DNA from: a bacterium
Lineage (GTDB): Bacteria > Hydrothermota > UBA3072 > JAPDKE01
NCBI GenBank assembly: GCA_029258725.1
Contig: JAPDKE010000003.1
Coordinates: 22,538 to 86,537, forward strand
DNA length: 64,000 nt
Direction: 5' to 3'
Shown here: positions 59,143 through 64,000 of the stretch, piece after piece
Numbering within the stretch: position 1 is the stretch's first letter
How the letters are laid out: every line of letters begins with the position of its first letter
Program-made: the position numbers and the translations under genes
Notes under the pieces: model-generated
Seen by the model: only the letters and a program-made list of their open reading frames with translations
Told to the model about the DNA's origin: nothing
The model's database searches: none

Positions 59143-59823
59143 TCATCTTTTTGCCTCCTCAACCAGCCACTCAAAAATTCTCCTTACCTCCTCCACATTC
59201 CTCCACATGCACTCGGCATGAAACTGGACCCCGAGGATTCTTTTCTCCTCCCACTCTATTCCCTCAATCACGCCATCCTGCGCCCTTGCGCAGACTTTGA
59301 GTCCCTCACCCACATCCTTTATTGCCTGATGATGGAAGGTATTTACCCTGAGTTTTTCCCTTCCTGTTATTCTGTAAAGCAAACTCTCCTTTTCTATGAA
59401 AATCGTATGGGTTGGATGCCCGTCAGGGGCAAACTGCCAGTGTTTTATGGAAGTCTTTATATCCTGATGGAGGGACCCTCCCAGAAAAACATTTATTGCC
59501 TGGGCTCCCCTGCATATCCCGAGAACCGGGATTCCTTTCTCCACAGCAAGGAAGAAAATCTCCCTTTCAAGTCTGTCCCTTTCAGGGTCTATTCTCCTTA
59601 TTCCTTTTTCAGGCTCCTCTCCATATAGAAACGGGTCCACATCAGGACCACCGGAAAGAAGAAGCCCCTGTATTTTTTCAATTATGGAGGCAATGGAAGT
59701 CTGCGGTGGAATAAGCACCGCCTCTCCCCCACATCCCTCCACTGCCTCAATGTAATGTTTTTTTATGCAAAATCTCTCTCCCTTTGATTCAAGTCCAAGC
59801 GATATGCCTATAACAGGTTTCAT
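59143..59823 (-). CDS. class I glutamine amidotransferase, peptidase C26 family (PuuD-like gamma-glutamyl hydrolase)
   Basis: VIGISL...LLSGGPDVDP...GICRGAQAINV...FHHQ is the catalytic Cys-His pattern. Confidence 0.7.
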   Translation of the reverse strand: MKPVIGISLGLESKGERFCIKKHYIEAVEGCGGEAVLIPPQTSIASIIEKIQGLLLSGGPDVDPFLYGEEPEKGIRRIDPERDRLEREIFFLAVEKGIPVLGICRGAQAINVFLGGSLHQDIKTSIKHWQFAPDGHPTHTIFIEKESLLYRITGREKLRVNTFHHQAIKDVGEGLKVCARAQDGVIEGIEWEEKRILGVQFHAECMWRNVEEVRRIFEWLVEEAKR

Positions 59824-60500
59824 GGATGATAAACCCTCACTGAATCCTCATAACATCCTGAAAAAATACCAAATCCGTTTTCAATGTTTGAGCGCTCCTT
59901 CACCAGAAAATAATAGTACTCCTCCGGATAGGCATATACCTTTATCATATACTCACCCGGACGCTGGAAGCAGGAGGTATAAGAAAATATGGGAAATATT
60001 GTATCAGTGATGATGAGTGGTGGATTTCTCACGGTATCCCCGACAAGGTAGACAAATCCAATATAGAAGTAGGCACTGTCACTTGGGGTGAGGATAAGAA
60101 CATCCGTTGAATCAACGGTATCTCCATCCATTGGAAGAACAATGGAGAAGGGGCCAGGAATCAGGGTTGTTGAACGGAGGGTTTCGTGGGGTTCTTCCTT
60201 TATTATGACCTCCAGGGAAAGTTTCCTCAAGGGCTGTGCCCATCCGTTTCCGACCTGATTCACATAAAACGTGTCCTGTTTTTCAAAAACAATGGTATCG
60301 GTATCTGCTATCACCCTTACCTCCGCCTCTGGAAATGGCCCGGTGGGTGCCCCTGCTGGTTCATAAATCCGGTCAACAACAAGATGCTGCACGGGTTTCC
60401 CTGCAATCATTATTCCATAAACCATATAATCAGGAATCTCCTTCTCTTTCTCCATGGGAAAGCATCCTGCAAGGAGGAACAAAAACAATATCCTCCTCAA
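59820..60500 (-). CDS. hypothetical lipoprotein downstream of the TonB-dependent receptor
   Basis: MRRILFLFLLAGCFPME (lipobox LAGC). Its start overlaps the TBDR stop by 4 nt. Confidence 0.45.
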   Translation of the reverse strand: MRRILFLFLLAGCFPMEKEKEIPDYMVYGIMIAGKPVQHLVVDRIYEPAGAPTGPFPEAEVRVIADTDTIVFEKQDTFYVNQVGNGWAQPLRKLSLEVIIKEEPHETLRSTTLIPGPFSIVLPMDGDTVDSTDVLILTPSDSAYFYIGFVYLVGDTVRNPPLIITDTIFPIFSYTSCFQRPGEYMIKVYAYPEEYYYFLVKERSNIENGFGIFSGCYEDSVRVYHP

Positions 60501-62656
60501 AACCTCACCTCCACTCCAAGGGATGGAATTAAGGGAAGCATGTGTATCACTATTTCCTCGGGTGGGTCTTTTTGCGTGTCATAGAAGTAATAGAGGACAT
60601 TTTTCCGATTATACACATTTATAATATCAAAGATTATCTTCACGGAAAGGTTTTTTACGGTGGTTTTCCACCTTATTCCCACATCCATTCTGTGGTATGA
60701 AGGAAGTCTCATGGCATTCGGAGAAGAAAGAATAAATTCCCATTTTCCCAATCTGGAACGAAGCGATGGCTCTTCACTCATCGGATCCCATACCCAGAAG
60801 TGATACCGTGCCCGGAGCCCGGTGTAGGGGAGCCCTGTTCCATATATCCATGTCAGAACAAAGGTAAGGGATGGGGTTATCTCATATTCACAGAGGAAAT
60901 CAACGGAATGCCTGCGGTCAAAGGAGAGGTACCGGTAAACCGAGTCAAGTTTCTCAAGGGAGTAACCCAAGTTGTAGGACAGTATTCCTCTTACTCTTCC
61001 CAGGTCCTTCCTGAGCATGAGACTTATTCCTGCAGAAAATCCCTTTTTCTCCTCAAAGATTGTCTCACCGAGGTTCTGCGGGTCAACGGAATCAGGAGAT
61101 ATAAGGAAGTAAGGGTAATATTTGAAGTATCCATCCAGGATGAACTCTCCCCATGGTAAAAGGGAATGGGTCCCAAGATCAAACTGATATGCCTCCTCTG
61201 GTTTATACTTTCCAAAAACAGGAATCCAGTAGTAGAAGGTTGCAAGCCCCACTCTCATCTGATTTGTAAGTGTTACAATGGGCTGGTGATATACTCCACC
61301 TGCAGTGAAGAGTGCAAAACCTTCCGTAAGGAAAAACTTCAACATCAACCTGGGGTCCAGATACCAGTAATACCTTCTCTCAATGAATTTACTGGTGAAC
61401 ATTCCTCCCCTAATCCCCCCTTCAACCAGGAACTTTCCAGATCTTTTTCTCTCCTTTGCAAATAACGCAACCCTTACCGGATTGTCATGTATATTGTATT
61501 CAAGACCAATAACGTTCATCTCATAGGTAAAATCATAAAAACTTGCATCCCATCCTGCTGAAATCCCCTCTTCGTTTGCAGATTCAATCCTTCCCCTGAA
61601 ATTCACCTCCCAGAATGGATTGTTCATCTCCATCACAGGAAAACTCAGGGAAAGTGAATTAAGGAAGTGGCTGTAAGAGAGATGCGACTTTATAAGATAG
61701 TTCCCGAGTATCTTTCTTATCCCGAAACTCCCAACCCTGTTCCCCCATTCAATGGAAAGGTCAACCGGGTGAAAACTTATCTCAACGGCATCACGGTTGA
61801 GAAAACATGTAAGGTAAATTCTTGTTTCAGGGGATGGCTCGTAATGGTAATGAGAGATTATATCGTAGAACCTGTAAGGAATATCTATTTTAAAAAGAGG
61901 AAGAACCTTATCGAACCATCCGGTGCGGGTTGAGAAGAGAAAATTTCCACCTGCAAGGGGACCTTCAAGGCAGAGCCTGCCTGAAATAAGAGAGAGATAT
62001 AAATTTCCTTTTATCCGGTGTGGATTCCCTCCTATGGTGGAAAAGGAAAGAACAGAGGAGAGCCTTTCTCCAAATTCAACAGGAAAATTCCCTGGAAAGA
62101 ATTCCATTTTTCTTATGGCTGAGGGGTCAAAGATGGAAAAGAGGCTTGCAAAGTGATATGGATTGTAAAGAACAGCACCATCAAGCAAAATCAGGTTCTG
62201 GTCAGGATACCCTCCCCTTACCGAAAACTGGGATGAGAAATCGCTCCTTCCTGTAACCCCCGGGAGGAACTGGAGGGACTTCATGGGGTCCTGTTCAACA
62301 AGAACCGGGGTTCTCTCAACATCCCTTCTTCTGAAGGTTATTTTTGAAGGGGCTATTTCTCTTTTAAAATCTTCCTTTCTTGACTTCACAACAACTTCCT
62401 TCAGTTCTATTGGAGCAGGGGCAAGAAGAATGACCATAACCTCACCGGATGGCTTTACCTTCTTTTCCCTGTACCCGATATATCTTACTGTGAGAACCTG
62501 AAATGGTTCAACTCCTGAAATGGAAAAGAATCCCTCGTCGTTCGTGATGGTCCCCTTTCCCGTCCCCTCAACCCATATCTGTGTAAATGGTAAGGGGTCA
62601 CCTGTGAGACTGTCTCTCACAAATCCTGTTACGGTAAGGGAGAGAAGGAAAATCAT
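60497..62656 (-). CDS. TonB-dependent outer-membrane receptor with N-terminal carboxypeptidase-regulatory-like domain (SusC/RagA-like layout)
   Basis: Start refined to MIFLLSL (AAGGAGGAAGGA ribosome-binding site; ATGA overlap with the upstream stop). The carboxypeptidase-regulatory-like N-domain (GFVRDSLTGDPLPFTQIWVEGTGKGTITNDEGFFSI) is followed by the plug (LQFLPGVTGRSDFSSQFSVRGG...NLILLDG) and a barrel ending in F. Confidence 0.7.
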   Translation of the reverse strand: MIFLLSLTVTGFVRDSLTGDPLPFTQIWVEGTGKGTITNDEGFFSISGVEPFQVLTVRYIGYREKKVKPSGEVMVILLAPAPIELKEVVVKSRKEDFKREIAPSKITFRRRDVERTPVLVEQDPMKSLQFLPGVTGRSDFSSQFSVRGGYPDQNLILLDGAVLYNPYHFASLFSIFDPSAIRKMEFFPGNFPVEFGERLSSVLSFSTIGGNPHRIKGNLYLSLISGRLCLEGPLAGGNFLFSTRTGWFDKVLPLFKIDIPYRFYDIISHYHYEPSPETRIYLTCFLNRDAVEISFHPVDLSIEWGNRVGSFGIRKILGNYLIKSHLSYSHFLNSLSLSFPVMEMNNPFWEVNFRGRIESANEEGISAGWDASFYDFTYEMNVIGLEYNIHDNPVRVALFAKERKRSGKFLVEGGIRGGMFTSKFIERRYYWYLDPRLMLKFFLTEGFALFTAGGVYHQPIVTLTNQMRVGLATFYYWIPVFGKYKPEEAYQFDLGTHSLLPWGEFILDGYFKYYPYFLISPDSVDPQNLGETIFEEKKGFSAGISLMLRKDLGRVRGILSYNLGYSLEKLDSVYRYLSFDRRHSVDFLCEYEITPSLTFVLTWIYGTGLPYTGLRARYHFWVWDPMSEEPSLRSRLGKWEFILSSPNAMRLPSYHRMDVGIRWKTTVKNLSVKIIFDIINVYNRKNVLYYFYDTQKDPPEEIVIHMLPLIPSLGVEVRF

Positions 62657-63915
62657 TCCTTCCTCCTTATAACCCCCCTTACATCCTCCGGATTGACCCA
62701 CCTGGTCCAGTAGGGGTCATAGGGTTCATCCGGTTCGCTTGAATAAATGAGTTCGTAAACCCCGGTGTAGGTCTTATCCGCAAATATAAACTCCCTTCCT
62801 CCTCCTGAATAGTAAATCCATATAACATAAGGTTTTGCAAGTAAATCGTGGGTTTTTTCGGTTATCTCATCAGGAGGACCGTATTTTATGTAAATCCTTC
62901 CCCTGTCCGTGTCCCTCCCCCTCTTCCCCAGTTCCTTAAAGTTTTCATCCGCATACCTTATCCTGGATGCAAGTTCCAGAAGTGCCTCGTTTTCGGGTGT
63001 GGCTGGATTGGGGTCCCGTTTCATCCAGAAACTTTTGATATACTGGAGTTTTAAGGTATCGGGAAGGGAGTTGTATATTTCAAGTTCCTCCCTGGTTGCA
63101 ACATACTGAATCTCCTTTGCATACTCCATCAGGGAATCAGGTATCTCCGGAGATGTTGCTCTCCTCGGAGAGAGAACGTAAAACTCCTTTTCCTGAGAGA
63201 GTACAAGTCCTCCTGCCTTCGCCCTTGCAAGCAGACGGTATGTTCCGGGTTTCAATGCAACTATGTTTATCCCCCCTGCATCAACCAGATTTCCGGAAGA
63301 GAGGAGTTTCCTTTCCTTTATTCTCTGAATGGTATCCCCGCTCTCGCTCAAAATGAAGTAGGCAAGTTCAACCTCCCCCTTCAGGTTGTACAGTTCAAGG
63401 TAGTAGCAGAGAATTCTCCTCCTTCCACCAAACTTTCTTCCGGGATATGGAATCGGGAAAACCCTCCCCTCTTCCTGCTTCAGATAATAGGAAATCTGGA
63501 TGGAGGACATGGAGGGACCTTTCCATGGAGGGAGAAATAGGGTATCCTCCCAGCATCCCTTCCTTCCGGAAATACTGTCCTCAACCTCTACGGAAAGAAG
63601 GTAGTGTTTTCCGCATAGAAGGGAAACAGATAGAACATCAACAGCCTCGAGTTGCCTTTCTTTTGCATCTTCAGGAGAGTTCACAAAACTGAGTTTTGGG
63701 AATCTGTGAAAGAGTTCTCCCTCACCATCAAGATTTTTCACCCTGAAGTCAACAAAGTACCTTGCCCGGTACCTTCCTCCCTTTTTCTCATAGGTTAAAC
63801 AGGCGGAGGGAACAGAGTAATAGACCTCAACATAGGAGACCGAGTCCCCTTCCATGAATACCCCCACATCTCCTTCTACGGGAATCTCATAGACCGCGAG
63901 GAGAAACCAGAACAT
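62653..63915 (-). CDS. GWxTD-domain protein
   Basis: C-terminal ...FWMKRDPNPATPENE...RYADENF...RGRDTDRGRIYIKYGPPDEI...YVIWIYY fits the GWxTD (TIGR04514) domain pattern. No clear N-terminal signal peptide was seen. Confidence 0.5.
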   Translation of the reverse strand: MFWFLLAVYEIPVEGDVGVFMEGDSVSYVEVYYSVPSACLTYEKKGGRYRARYFVDFRVKNLDGEGELFHRFPKLSFVNSPEDAKERQLEAVDVLSVSLLCGKHYLLSVEVEDSISGRKGCWEDTLFLPPWKGPSMSSIQISYYLKQEEGRVFPIPYPGRKFGGRRRILCYYLELYNLKGEVELAYFILSESGDTIQRIKERKLLSSGNLVDAGGINIVALKPGTYRLLARAKAGGLVLSQEKEFYVLSPRRATSPEIPDSLMEYAKEIQYVATREELEIYNSLPDTLKLQYIKSFWMKRDPNPATPENEALLELASRIRYADENFKELGKRGRDTDRGRIYIKYGPPDEITEKTHDLLAKPYVIWIYYSGGGREFIFADKTYTGVYELIYSSEPDEPYDPYWTRWVNPEDVRGVIRRKE

Positions 63916-64000
63916 AGTGTCCTATATTGTGTTTGTCAACAAATATGCAGGTTATCCCCTTTGAGTAGTAGTACCATATTTCGTATGGAGGCTTGTCAAG

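Overview
The window is a dense, mostly co-directional stretch of housekeeping and cell-envelope genes from a thermophile-like bacterium, with K/E/R-rich proteins, AGG/AGA arginine codons and many 4-20 nt gene overlaps. Several features point to the FCB group or an allied candidate lineage: a type IX secretion (T9SS)-type C-terminal sorting domain on a 1,623-aa adhesin-like protein, a GWxTD-domain protein, and a TonB-dependent receptor (TBDR) with a carboxypeptidase-regulatory N-domain. Core genes recognised: glyQ-glyS-yjbQ, a vapBC-like pair, queF-yhhQ, nadC, uvrB, mcsA-mcsB-clpC, lolDE, lysS, an unannotated tatA, initiator tRNA-fMet, citrate synthase + LeuC/LeuD-like + icd, hutU-hutI, arcC, three glycosyltransferases, and a fimT/pilV/pilW/pilX-like minor-pilin operon. 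The most unusual items are: (a) a 1,075-aa protein with two complementary degenerate class-III nucleotide-cyclase domains fused to a STAND/AAA_16 NTPase and TPR array; (b) convergent to it and overlapping its 3' end, a tightly coupled five-gene operon encoding an SPFH/COG4260 protein with C-terminal zinc ribbons, three paralogous zinc-ribbon proteins (two membrane-anchored) and a coiled-coil protein; (c) the giant T9SS cargo with a downstream outer-membrane beta-barrel (β-barrel); (d) a citrate synthase - LeuCD-type dehydratase - IDH cluster suggesting a non-canonical aconitase; (e) a 903-aa prepilin-leader protein with adhesin-like domains and a Gly/Pro-rich tract. No CRISPR array, rRNA or obvious IS element was seen. 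Coordinates of features not in the ORF track are read by eye and may be off by 1-2 nt.
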